The position numbers were made by a program, and so were the translations under genes. A stretch of 64,000 bases of DNA from Vicinamibacterales bacterium (GTDB lineage Bacteria > Acidobacteriota > Vicinamibacteria > Vicinamibacterales > SCN-69-37). Of this stretch, positions 8,643-17,679 are shown piece after piece; within the stretch, counting starts at the first letter, position 1, and every line of letters begins with the position of its first letter. The stretch spans positions 6,274 through 70,273 of the forward strand of contig JAKFEY010000020.1 in NCBI GenBank assembly GCA_036675475.1, read 5' to 3'. A model generated the notes under the pieces. That model saw only the letters and a program-made list of their open reading frames with translations, had not been told where the DNA came from and made no database searches.

Positions 8643-9233
8643 TTATTTCATCTCGGCGACGACCGGCTCCGGCACCTTGTTCTTTACCGGCTTCACCGTC
8701 TTCAGGTACGCGTAGATCGATTTCAGATCCTCGTCGGTGAGGTTGCGGATCACCTGCCAGGGCATCGGCGGCAGAAGCGCGCGGCCGCGGCCCTGCTTCT
8801 TGCCCTCGCGCAGGGTCATGATGAACTGCTCTTCGGTGTAGGTGCCCGACACGCCCGTTTCGGGATCCGGCGTCAGGTTCTGCGTGTAGCTGATGCCCCA
8901 CGGGCCCGCCCACGCGGTGCCGGTGGCCGACACGCTGACGATCCACGGGCCGCTCGGCGGAGGCGGAGGCGGCAGCTTCTCGCTGGCCGGCTGGCCCGAC
9001 AGGAAGCGGTCCATATCGTACTCGGGCCCGTTGGCGCCCATCTTCATCGGCGTGTGGCAGTCGCCGCAGCCCATCGAGTTCACCAGATAGTCGCCGCGCT
9101 TCACCCGCTCGGCCTGACGCTCGGCGTCGCTCGCCGCCGGTCCTTCACTGGCTTTCACACTGAATGACGCGAGCGCAACCACCGCCGCGACCGTGACGAT
9201 GAACGTCCACCGAAGCTTCGAAACCATCCTCAT
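8643..9233 (-). CDS. Periplasmic c-type cytochrome (one CxxCH)
   Basis: Signal peptide, CGDCH, and NLTPD.ETG...LREG...LLPPMPW typical of cytochrome c domains. RBS AGGAGG. The true start at 9233 lies inside the 8643..10175 track ORF. Confidence 0.88.
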   Translation of the reverse strand: MRMVSKLRWTFIVTVAAVVALASFSVKASEGPAASDAERQAERVKRGDYLVNSMGCGDCHTPMKMGANGPEYDMDRFLSGQPASEKLPPPPPPSGPWIVSVSATGTAWAGPWGISYTQNLTPDPETGVSGTYTEEQFIMTLREGKKQGRGRALLPPMPWQVIRNLTDEDLKSIYAYLKTVKPVKNKVPEPVVAEMK

Positions 9234-10246
9234 CGTTTCTCCTCCTGAATCCACTTGCGTATGAGCGCCACGGCAGCTTCGTCGACGAGGCGGCTGCCGG
9301 TGGGGGGCATTTGCGACACGGGATTGCGCGACGACATGCGGACGGCCAGCACGCTGCGATCGGGATCGCCCGCGCGCACGCGCTCGCCCGCCATCTCCCA
9401 GTTCGACGGCACGAACTTGCTGATCTGGCCGACGGTCGTGGCCACGGCCGGCGGATGCTCGACCGGCGAGGCAAACGGATACTGCAGCGAGAACTTGAGG
9501 CTCGCCAGCTCGCCCGACAGCGTGTGGCAATAGCTGCAGTTGCCGTGCAGATAGCCAAGCGCGGCGCGCGCCGTCGGCGTCTTCGCCGCAATGCGCGGGG
9601 CGCCGTGCGACAGCGACGCGGGCAGGCCGCGCACCAGGCCGCGATCGATCAGCGTCTTCAGCGTGACCGCGTCCGGCGGCAGCGGCTCGGCATGCGGCGC
9701 GTTCGGATCGCGATCGGCCGACAGCTGCAGCGTGCTGAAGCCGAGGATGCGCGCGGGGCTGCCTTCGTGACACGACTTGCAGTCCGATCGCGACGGGATG
9801 GCGTGACGCAGGTTGTCGCGAATGACCGCGCTTCGCAGGATGCCGCGCTCGGGCGCGAGCACGGCCTCGCGCTCGTCTTCGCTCCACACGTACGTCGCGT
9901 ACTGCCAGCCGTTTGCGGTGTGCTCGATGAAGCGCGTTTCGGCGCGGCGCGCAAACCTGAATTCCTTCCAGAAGCGCGTGCCCACCGGGAACTGCCAGGC
10001 GTCCGGGTTGCTCGCGTCGATGGTGGTGCCCGGCGGCAATTCCATCCACCGCGTCTTCACCGCGCCGTCGGTCCAGAGGGGATACTGCGGCGAAAACCGC
10101 ATCTTCTCGGCCCCCACGGTCTTCGCGTCCCAGTCGGCGTACAAGCCGGTGTCGCGAAGGGTCGGCGGCGGCCACGTCGCGGCCGGACGCAGCGCGCCCG
10201 CCACGGGCACACTCAGCAGCGCCGCCGCAAAGATCAGGTTCTTCAT
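9230..10246 (-). CDS. Secreted diheme c-type cytochrome-like protein
   Basis: Signal peptide, YPLWTDGAVKTRW, CKSCH, CSYCH and QMPP. ATGA overlap with the downstream cytochrome gene. Confidence 0.8.
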   Translation of the reverse strand: MKNLIFAAALLSVPVAGALRPAATWPPPTLRDTGLYADWDAKTVGAEKMRFSPQYPLWTDGAVKTRWMELPPGTTIDASNPDAWQFPVGTRFWKEFRFARRAETRFIEHTANGWQYATYVWSEDEREAVLAPERGILRSAVIRDNLRHAIPSRSDCKSCHEGSPARILGFSTLQLSADRDPNAPHAEPLPPDAVTLKTLIDRGLVRGLPASLSHGAPRIAAKTPTARAALGYLHGNCSYCHTLSGELASLKFSLQYPFASPVEHPPAVATTVGQISKFVPSNWEMAGERVRAGDPDRSVLAVRMSSRNPVSQMPPTGSRLVDEAAVALIRKWIQEEKR

Positions 10247-10324
10247 AGAAAAAAGGGCGGCCGAGGATAGCACAGCTCAGCCGCCCTTATGGGGACGGAG
10301 GAAAAGCGGCAGAGGTTCCCTGTA

Positions 10325-10348
10325 CGCAGGCCTGAAGGTCTGCGCTAC
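10325..10348 (-). repeat. GTAG-type REP-like palindrome
   Basis: Minus strand reads GTAG-CGCAGACC-TTCA-GGCCTGCG; its TAG is the ferredoxin stop codon. Confidence 0.7.
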
Positions 10349-10707
10349 CCCAGGGGGTTCTTTGCGAAACAGAGGTCGTCGACGATGCGGCCGCCGAGCA
10401 GGTGTTCCTGAATGATGCGCTCGGCGTTTTTGGGCGTGACGTCGCGGTACCAGGTGCCCTCGGGATAGACGACGGCGATCGGGCCCGCGGTGCAGATGCG
10501 CAGGCAGTCGCACTTGGTGCGATAGAACGGGCCGTCCGGGCCCGCGATGTTCAGCTCCTTCATCCGCTTCTTCAGGTACTTCCACGTTTCTTCGCCGTCG
10601 TGGCGATCGGCGCAGTCGGGCCCGAGGCAGATGAACAGATGCCGCCGCAGCTTGCCGATGCCGAACGAGGCGGCGGCGTCTTCAGGACTTTTTCGATGTT
10701 TTCCCAT
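10345..10707 (-). CDS. Thioredoxin-like [2Fe-2S] ferredoxin
   Basis: [10 protein letters not shown]...[23 protein letters not shown].....ERIIQEHL. Confidence 0.88.
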   Translation of the reverse strand: MGKHRKSPEDAAASFGIGKLRRHLFICLGPDCADRHDGEETWKYLKKRMKELNIAGPDGPFYRTKCDCLRICTAGPIAVVYPEGTWYRDVTPKNAERIIQEHLLGGRIVDDLCFAKNPLG

Positions 10708-12925
10708 GGCCTTCAATCTTTGCGAGCACCTTCCCGATGTTCACCGGCTTCATCGTCCGCAGCGGCTTCCAGAGATCGCCCGACGCGCGGAAGCGCTCGC
10801 GATAGTTGAGCAGCGTGAAGTCTTCGGGATGCACGCCCTCGTCCACCTCGTCCCAGGTGAGCGGCGTCGAGACGCCGGCGAAATCGCTGGCGCGCGCGCT
10901 GTACGCCGTCGCAATCGTCTTGCCGAGGATGTTCTGCAAGTAGTCGACGTACACCGTGCCGCGCGGCCGCCGCTTGACGAAACGCTCGACCGTCGCGAAC
11001 TTCGGGTATTTCGTCGCGACGATCGTGGCGATGATCTGGCAGAGCAGCTGCCCGGTGTCGTAGGTGGTTTTGGGCGGAAGCGGAATGTAGATGTGCAGGC
11101 CGCTCGACCCTGACGTTTTCGGCACGGCGGGAATGCCGAAGCGCACGAGCTCCTCGCGCACGGCGCGCGCGGTGTCGAGCACGTGCTGGAAGGTGGCGCC
11201 TTCGCCGGGATCGAGGTCGATCGCGGCGGCATCCATGTACTGCAGCGAGCCCATGCGCGAGAACCACGGGTCCTGCGAGATGGCGGCGATCTGCGTCATG
11301 TAGAGCAGCGTCACCAGGTCGCCGCCGATGATGCGCTCCATGCTTTCGCCGTCGGGCGTGATCGGCTCGATGCTTTTCGGCAACGTTTCCACGCGCACGC
11401 CCTTCGGCGGATCATCGCGATGCCGCTGCTGATAGAAGGCGGGCCCGGCCACGCCGTTGGGAAACCGCTTCATGACCATCGGCCGATCGGCCACGACCGG
11501 GAGAATCATGGGCCCGACCTCCGCGTAGTAGCGCAGCAGATCGCCCTTGGTCAGCTTCAGCGCCGGCCAGAAGAGCTTCGACAGATTCGTGACGCGCAGC
11601 GTCTGCCCGCCTGCCAGCTGCAGCACGCCATCTTTCTTCTGCGCCTGCAGCTCGTGAAGCTGGTCGACGATGGCGGCATTGGCGAGCGGGGAGTCGGCCG
11701 CGGCGGTCTTGCGCCGCGAGGCCGCAGCCGCTTTCGTCCTGGGCCCCGGCTTGCGGCTTGCGGCTTGCGGCTTGTCTTGCGGCTTCGGGCTTGCGGCTTT
11801 CGGCTTGGCCATGGCTCGGGATTCTCGAATCACATCGCGTGCCGGTTTGTCGTCGCGAAGGCCGAGGTAGACCGGGTGTCGCAGATAGCCCTCGTGCGTC
11901 CACTCGGTGAACTTGATTTGCGCCACCAGCTCGGGCGTGACGAAGTGCTGCCGCTCGCGCGTCTTGAAGCGGTCGCGGAACGGGCTGGTGGCGGTTTCGC
12001 GCGCGCGCAGCAGGCGCCAGACGCGATCGAGCTCTTTCTCGTTGAAGCCGGTGCCCACGCTGCCCGCGTAAATGAGGTGGTGGGGCAGCCCTTTAGGGCT
12101 CGCCTCAGTGTGGCGCGCCCCTTCAGGGCTCGCGTAATACCCCACCAGCAGCGCTCCGAAGCCATGGCGCGACAGCCGCGGCTCGGTCCAGCCGCCGATG
12201 ACGAATTCCTGTTCCTGCAGCAGTTTCAGCTTCCGCCACGACGGCGCGCGGCGGCCGCTTTCGTACACGCCCATGCCGTCCTTGACGATCAACCCCTCCC
12301 ATCCGCCCGCCTCCGCCCGCTCATGCATCTGCCGCCCATCGTCGATCGCGATTTCGGTGAGGCGCAGCAGGTGCGCGAGTGCCGCGGGCGGCTTGAACGC
12401 GCGTTCGAGCCGCAGGCGGCGCGCGATGGTGGGAAGGCCGCGCAGGTCCTCGTCGCCCTCACGCAGGATGTCGAACGTGAAGAGGGCTGCCGGACTTTCG
12501 GCGTCGGCGGCCGCAAGATGCGATTCGCCCTTCGCGTGCAACCGGCTCTGGAGATGCTGAAATCCGAGCGCGCGGCCGTGGCGATCGAGCGCCGTCACTT
12601 CGCCGTCGAGCAGCAGCGGCGCCTTCAGCTTCGCGGCGTACGCGCGCAGGGCTTTCGCGAGGCCGGGAAACTGCGACGTCTTCTCGTTGCCGTTGCGTGA
12701 GTAGAGGTGCACCTCGCCGCCGGGTCGCAGGTCCACCAGCGCGCGAATGCCGTCGTATTTCGGCTCGTAGATCAGGCCAGGCTGCGACAGCGGCGGATCC
12801 GCCAGCGTGGCCAGCATCGGCCGCACCTTGGCCGGGTCGTCACGCCACCGCGACGTGGGCAGGGCGTCGATGCGCGTTGCGAGGTCGCGCGGAACAGTGA
12901 GTGCGCGGGCCGGCGCCTTGGCCAT
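10682..12925 (-). CDS. ligD: NHEJ DNA ligase D (ligase domain plus primase-polymerase domain)
   Basis: EPKYDGIRA adenylation motif, EGLIVKD, YESGRR..SW.KLK, VGTGF, then the polymerase domain with [20 protein letters not shown] and VYVDYLQN. Confidence 0.95.
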   Translation of the reverse strand: MAKAPARALTVPRDLATRIDALPTSRWRDDPAKVRPMLATLADPPLSQPGLIYEPKYDGIRALVDLRPGGEVHLYSRNGNEKTSQFPGLAKALRAYAAKLKAPLLLDGEVTALDRHGRALGFQHLQSRLHAKGESHLAAADAESPAALFTFDILREGDEDLRGLPTIARRLRLERAFKPPAALAHLLRLTEIAIDDGRQMHERAEAGGWEGLIVKDGMGVYESGRRAPSWRKLKLLQEQEFVIGGWTEPRLSRHGFGALLVGYYASPEGARHTEASPKGLPHHLIYAGSVGTGFNEKELDRVWRLLRARETATSPFRDRFKTRERQHFVTPELVAQIKFTEWTHEGYLRHPVYLGLRDDKPARDVIRESRAMAKPKAASPKPQDKPQAASRKPGPRTKAAAASRRKTAAADSPLANAAIVDQLHELQAQKKDGVLQLAGGQTLRVTNLSKLFWPALKLTKGDLLRYYAEVGPMILPVVADRPMVMKRFPNGVAGPAFYQQRHRDDPPKGVRVETLPKSIEPITPDGESMERIIGGDLVTLLYMTQIAAISQDPWFSRMGSLQYMDAAAIDLDPGEGATFQHVLDTARAVREELVRFGIPAVPKTSGSSGLHIYIPLPPKTTYDTGQLLCQIIATIVATKYPKFATVERFVKRRPRGTVYVDYLQNILGKTIATAYSARASDFAGVSTPLTWDEVDEGVHPEDFTLLNYRERFRASGDLWKPLRTMKPVNIGKVLAKIEGHGKTSKKS
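11748..11808. repeat. GGCTTGC heptamer tandem repeat in the ligD interdomain linker
   Basis: About 8 degenerate heptamers encoding [20 protein letters not shown]. Confidence 0.85.
12080..12134 (+). repeat. Tandem pair of REP-like palindromes inside ligD
   Basis: GTGG-GGCAGCCC-TTTA-GGGCTCGC at 12080 and GTGG-CGCGCCCC-TTCA-GGGCTCGCG at 12110 (30-bp spacing). Confidence 0.65.
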
Positions 12926-13050
12926 CTAGCGATGATAGTGCGCCGACGCAGGCGCGGACCACCCCGGGGTGACGTGCAATTTCGTGCAGGACTGTAGACC
13001 GGCGGCTGACGGTCCGATAATGGGGGCTCGGACCTTCGAAGGAGAACGAC

Positions 13051-13926
13051 ATGGCGGCCAGGCCCACCTGGAAAGGGTTTCTCAAAATCAGCCTCGTCAA
13101 CATCCCGGTGCGGGTGTTTCCGGCCACCGACTCGGCGGCGAGCATCAGCTTCAACCAGCTGCACAAGGCCTGTCAGGGCCGCATCCAGCAGAAGCGATGG
13201 TGCCCGGCGTGCGAAACCGAGGTGCCCAACACCGAGATCGTGAAGGGCTACGAGTTCGAGAAGGGACGCTACGTCACCATGACCGAAGAGGACATGGCGA
13301 AGGTGCGGCCCGAGTCGACGCGCCTGATCAACGTCGTGCAGTTCACCGACGCGTCCGCCATCGACCCCGTGTATCTCGAGAAGCCGTACTACCTGGCGCC
13401 CGACGGCAGCGTCGCGGCCGAGGCGTTCGCCGTGATGCGCGAGGGCATGAAGGGGAAGGTCGGCATCGGCAAGCTGGCGCTCTACGGCCGCGAGTATCTC
13501 GTCGCGATTCAGCCGCAGGACGAAGCGCTGATGATGTACACGCTGCGCCACGCGCGCGAGATTCGCAGCATCGATCAGATCGACGAGCTGAAGACGGTGC
13601 CCGCGAAGATCCGGCCCGACGAGATCAAGCTGGCGAAGCAGGTGATCGCCAACTTCGAAACCGGCGAGCTCGATCTCGAGGAGTACAAGGACGAGTATCA
13701 GGAAGAACTGCGCCGGATCATCGACGCGAAGATTGCGGGCGAGGAAGTGACCGCCACCCGTGAAGAGGCGCCGCCGAAGGTGATCAACCTGATGGACGCG
13801 CTGCGCCAGAGCCTCGATCGCGTGAGCGTCGACAAGAAGAAGTCGGCCAAGGCCATTCCGGCGAAGGGCGCAAAAGCCCGGCCTGCCGCCGCGGCCCAGA
13901 ACGGGAAGAAACGGGCTGCGCGTTAG
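13051..13926 (+). CDS. ku: NHEJ protein Ku
   Basis: MAARPTWKGFLKISLVNIPV, VKGYEFEKGRYV, KPYYLAP, YKDEYQE and VINLMDALRQSL; basic C-terminal tail; divergent from ligD. Confidence 0.97.
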   Translation: MAARPTWKGFLKISLVNIPVRVFPATDSAASISFNQLHKACQGRIQQKRWCPACETEVPNTEIVKGYEFEKGRYVTMTEEDMAKVRPESTRLINVVQFTDASAIDPVYLEKPYYLAPDGSVAAEAFAVMREGMKGKVGIGKLALYGREYLVAIQPQDEALMMYTLRHAREIRSIDQIDELKTVPAKIRPDEIKLAKQVIANFETGELDLEEYKDEYQEELRRIIDAKIAGEEVTATREEAPPKVINLMDALRQSLDRVSVDKKKSAKAIPAKGAKARPAAAAQNGKKRAAR

Positions 13927-13935
13927 ACTGTCTCC

Positions 13936-16338
13936 GTGCAGACGGAGCTGGAAAAGCTAGGGATCTTCTACCTCGGCCGTGTCGTCGACGCGAGTGGATC
14001 CGCCAGTCCGGAGACTGCCGGGACGGACGTCCCGCCCTACCTCCTCTACGACTCGCGCGACCTGACCACCCACGGCGTCATCGTCGGCATGACCGGCAGC
14101 GGGAAAACCGGCCTCGGCCTCGCCATCCTCGAAGAAGCCGCCATCGACGGCATCCCCGTCATCGCCATCGACCCCAAGGGGGACGCGGGCAACTTGCTCC
14201 TGTCGTTCCCCAATCTCGAGCCTGCCGACTTCGAGCCGTGGATCAGTCCGGATGCGGCCCGCACCGCGGGCAAGCCGGTGGCCGAGATGGCCGCCGCCGA
14301 AGCGAAGAAGTGGCGCGAAGGCCTCGCCGCGTGGGATCAGAGCCCCGAGCGCATCCGCCGCATGCGCGACACCGCGGAGTTCGCGATCTACACGCCGGGC
14401 AGCAGCGCCGGACGTCAGCTGTCGGTACTCGACGCGCTGTCGGCGCCCGCACAGGCGCTCGACGCCGAGGCGCTGACCGAGCGCGCGTCGGGCGCCGCGT
14501 CCGCGGTGCTGGCGCTCGCAGGCGTCGACGCCGATCCGCTCACGAGCCGCGAGCACATCCTGCTGGCCACGCTGTTCCAGCACGCGTGGAAGGAAGGGCG
14601 GGCGCTGGATCTTGCGGCGCTGGTCGGCGCCGTGCAGGCGCCGCCGCTCGAACGCGTCGGCGTGATGGATCTCGAAACGTTCTTTCCCGCGAAGGATCGC
14701 ACCGCGCTGTCGATGCGGCTCAACAACCTGATCGCCTCGCCCTCGTTCGCCGCATGGACCACGGGCGAGCCGATGTCGGCCGACGCGCTCTTCTACAACG
14801 CCGCGGGCAAGCCGAAGGTGTCGGTGATCTCGATCGCGCACCTCTCGGAAGCCGAGCGCATGTTCACCGTGACGGCACTGCTGTCGGAGATCGTGTCGTG
14901 GGTGCGCGCGCAGCCGGGTACGTCGAGCCTTCGCGCGGTGCTCTATTTCGACGAGGTCTTCGGCTATCTGCCGCCGGTGGCCAATCCCTCGTCAAAGCAG
15001 CCGATGCTCACGCTGCTGAAGCAGGCGCGCGCGTCAGGGCTCGGCGTCATCCTGTCCACGCAGAATCCGGTGGACCTCGATTACAAGGCGCTGTCGAACG
15101 CCGGCACGTGGTTCCTCGGCCGGCTGCAGACCGAGCGCGACAAGGCGCGGCTGCTCGACGGCCTCGACGCCGCGGGGGGTGGCGCGGCCCTTCAGGGCCC
15201 GCGAACGTCCCTCGACCAAGCCATTTCAGGCCTCGCGAAGCGCCAGTTCATCCTGCACAACGTGCACGCGAAACAGCCCGTGCAGTTCGAGTCGCGCTGG
15301 GCGCTGTCGTATCTGCGCGGGCCGTTGACGAAGGAGGACATTCGGAGGCTTACGCCGGATCAGGCTGCGACGACGGAAGGCTCCAGACTCCAGGCTCCAG
15401 GCTCCAGGCCTGAGCCCTCGCGCACAACGGCGCTCGGGCTTTCCTCCGGCTCCAAGCCGGTCATCGCGGCCGAGATTCCGCAGCTGTACATGCCGGACGC
15501 GGGGAAGTCGGGCACGCTGCAGCCGTTCCTCTATGGCTCCGCGCAGTTGTTCTTTGGCGACAGCAAGACGGCCGTTGACGAAGCGCGGCGGGTCAGCGTG
15601 ATCGTGCCGCTCGACGCGGGCACGCGCGTGATCGACTGGGACCGCGCCGAAGCGGTCGACGTGGCGCCGCAGGCGCTGCTCGCGCGGGCGCCGGTGGACG
15701 CGCCCTACGCGCCGCTGCCGTCGTTTGCCACCAGCGTCGAGAAGTTTGCGAAGCTCGCGCGCGATTTCGATCGCTGGCTCGGGCGCACGCAGCGGCTCGA
15801 TCTGTTCCGCCACGCCGGCCTCAAGATGACCTCGCGTCCCGGCGAATCCGAGCGCGACTTCCTGATCCGCCTCCGCGACGCGCTGCACGAAAAGCGCGAC
15901 GCCGGCCTCGACAAGCTGCGCCGCAAGTGGGACACGAAACTCAACGCCGCGCGCGAGCGCGTGCGCCGCGCCGAAACGCGCGTCGCCAGCGAGAAGCAGG
16001 ACGTGCAGCAGTCCACGGTGCAGACGACCGTGTCGTTCGGGGCCACGATCCTTGGCGCCGTGCTTGGACGGCGAGGCGGGGGACTGGGCACCATCGGACG
16101 CGCCACCACCGCGGCGCGGGGCGTCGGCCGCGCGATGAAGGAGCGGCAGCAGGTCGAGCACGCCGAGGCCACGCTCACCGCCGAGCGCGACGCGCTCGCC
16201 GCGCTCGAGACGCAGGCGCAGGCCGATCTCGCCGCCGTGTCCGCGGCGGCCGTCACCCCGGAGACCCTCGAAAAGATGGCTATGCGGCCCCGGCGGGGCG
16301 GGACGACTGTAGATCTGGTGGCGGTGGTGTGGCGATGA
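13936..16338 (+). CDS. HerA/FtsK-like P-loop ATPase (DUF87-type) with C-terminal coiled coil
   Basis: HGVIVGMTGSGKT Walker A, IDPKGD, LYFDEVFGYLPP Walker B, and KQARASGLG...STQNPVDLDYK. Confidence 0.85.
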   Translation: MQTELEKLGIFYLGRVVDASGSASPETAGTDVPPYLLYDSRDLTTHGVIVGMTGSGKTGLGLAILEEAAIDGIPVIAIDPKGDAGNLLLSFPNLEPADFEPWISPDAARTAGKPVAEMAAAEAKKWREGLAAWDQSPERIRRMRDTAEFAIYTPGSSAGRQLSVLDALSAPAQALDAEALTERASGAASAVLALAGVDADPLTSREHILLATLFQHAWKEGRALDLAALVGAVQAPPLERVGVMDLETFFPAKDRTALSMRLNNLIASPSFAAWTTGEPMSADALFYNAAGKPKVSVISIAHLSEAERMFTVTALLSEIVSWVRAQPGTSSLRAVLYFDEVFGYLPPVANPSSKQPMLTLLKQARASGLGVILSTQNPVDLDYKALSNAGTWFLGRLQTERDKARLLDGLDAAGGGAALQGPRTSLDQAISGLAKRQFILHNVHAKQPVQFESRWALSYLRGPLTKEDIRRLTPDQAATTEGSRLQAPGSRPEPSRTTALGLSSGSKPVIAAEIPQLYMPDAGKSGTLQPFLYGSAQLFFGDSKTAVDEARRVSVIVPLDAGTRVIDWDRAEAVDVAPQALLARAPVDAPYAPLPSFATSVEKFAKLARDFDRWLGRTQRLDLFRHAGLKMTSRPGESERDFLIRLRDALHEKRDAGLDKLRRKWDTKLNAARERVRRAETRVASEKQDVQQSTVQTTVSFGATILGAVLGRRGGGLGTIGRATTAARGVGRAMKERQQVEHAEATLTAERDALAALETQAQADLAAVSAAAVTPETLEKMAMRPRRGGTTVDLVAVVWR
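15179..15203 (+). repeat. REP-like palindrome inside the ATPase CDS
   Basis: GTGG-CGCGGCCC-TTCA-GGGCCCGCG; 24 of 25 bases match the intergenic copy at 42592-42616. Confidence 0.75.
15379..15413. repeat. GGCTCCA heptamer tandem repeat in the ATPase linker
   Basis: GGCTCCA GACTCCA GGCTCCA GGCTCCA GGCCTGA. Confidence 0.85.
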
Positions 16339-17377
16339 GGCCCGGCGTCAGCGCTGGCGGAGGCGCCACGGCCGGCATCTGCGGCGGCGCCTGGTCAACC
16401 TTCCACGCCAGATAGGCCGCGTATCCGGCGGCCGCCAGCGCCGCCAGCAGCAGCACCAGCAGCACGATCTTCAGCACGCGCCGGCCGCCTCCCGGCGCCG
16501 CGCGCCTCGTGTCGGGCAGCTCGGCGTCGATCGCCTGCGCCGCGCGCTTGACGTGTTCGGCCTGCACCGTCGAGGCGCCGTCGCTGCGCGCGGCGTCGAG
16601 CGCGCGATCGCACAGCAGATTCACCGTGCGCGGCACGCCGCGCGCGTGGCGATGCACCAGCGCGATCGCGTCGGGCGTGAAGCCGACCTGCGCTTCGCCG
16701 CCGGCCACGCGCAGCCGGTGCGCGATGTACTGCTCGACCTCGTCCTTCGACATCGGCTCGAGCCGCACGCGCCGCGAAACCCGCTGCGCCAGCTGCGTCA
16801 TCTCGTCGGCCGCCAGCGTCGTCTCGAGCCGCGGCTGGCCGCTCAGGATGATCTGCAGCAGCCGGCGGCCGTTCGCTTCCATGTTGCCGAGCACGCGCAG
16901 CTGCTCGAGCGTGCGCGGCGCGAGGCCCTGCGCCTCGTCGACGACGAGCACCGCGCGCGCCCCGAGCGGCGCGAGCGATCGCAGGAAGCTCTCGAGTGTT
17001 TCGTGCAGGTGCTGCGCGTCGGCGGATTCGAATCGCCCGCGCCGCATCTCCTCGCGCGACACGACGCCGAAGTCGCGCAGCACCACACGCAGCAGTTCCG
17101 CGTCGGCCACCGCGGGATTGGTGATGAGCGCGCTGAACGTGCGCCCGCCGAGCGAATCAATCACCGCGCGCGACAGCGTGGTCTTGCCCGTGCCGGTTTC
17201 GCCGGTCAGCTGCAGAAACCCTTCGCCCCGCTCGAGCCCCTGCCGCAGCTCGTCGAAGGCGCGGCGGTGCGATTCGGTCTTGTAATGGAAACGGGGATCG
17301 GTCGTCAGCGCGAACGGCTGCTCGCGAAGTCCGAAGAAGCGCTCGTACGGGACATCGTCCGCGCGCGACAACTGCAC
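16280..17377 (-). CDS. ExeA/GspA-like AAA ATPase with C-terminal TM segment
   Basis: YERFFGLREQPFALTTDPRF, GETGTGKTT, VLVVDEAQ, IILSGQP and GVPRTVNLLCDRAL. Confidence 0.88.
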   Translation of the reverse strand: MQLSRADDVPYERFFGLREQPFALTTDPRFHYKTESHRRAFDELRQGLERGEGFLQLTGETGTGKTTLSRAVIDSLGGRTFSALITNPAVADAELLRVVLRDFGVVSREEMRRGRFESADAQHLHETLESFLRSLAPLGARAVLVVDEAQGLAPRTLEQLRVLGNMEANGRRLLQIILSGQPRLETTLAADEMTQLAQRVSRRVRLEPMSKDEVEQYIAHRLRVAGGEAQVGFTPDAIALVHRHARGVPRTVNLLCDRALDAARSDGASTVQAEHVKRAAQAIDAELPDTRRAAPGGGRRVLKIVLLVLLLAALAAAGYAAYLAWKVDQAPPQMPAVAPPPALTPGLIATPPPPDLQSSRPAGAA

Positions 17378-17417
17378 GTCAGGGAGTTTACACGGGATTT
17401 GCTAGGATTTAGCCGGT

Positions 17418-17675
17418 TTGCTGCTGCTGATTGCCGTCGCATGGGCGCTGATGACCGCCGGGCTCACGGTGCTGCCGGGCGTGCTCGGCAACCTCGTGGA
17501 CGAGCCCTGGAGCGTGGTGATCGCGTGGGCGCTCGTGTCGCTCGTCTGGGTGCCCGTCGAAGTGGTGATGCGCGGCCGGCTGGGCCCGCTTGCGCGTTTT
17601 GCGGTGACGGCGCCGCTCTGGGTGGGGGCGGCGGCCTGCGGCTACTGGCTGCGCCAGCTGCTAGGCCTCCCCTGA
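17418..17675 (+). CDS. Small membrane protein (about 3 TM)
   Basis: Hydrophobic ORF filling the gap between flanking genes; TTG start uncertain. Confidence 0.5.
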   Translation: MLLLIAVAWALMTAGLTVLPGVLGNLVDEPWSVVIAWALVSLVWVPVEVVMRGRLGPLARFAVTAPLWVGAAACGYWLRQLLGLP

Positions 17676-17679
17676 CGCG

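Noticed and set aside
8433-9167. 244-aa plus-strand ORF
   Set aside because: Runs through the heptamer hairpin, antisense to tRNA-Arg and the cytochrome gene.
9234-10175. N-terminal 313 aa of track ORF 8643..10175
   Set aside because: Off-frame overlap with the diheme gene; the real cytochrome starts at 9233 behind AGGAGG with a signal peptide.
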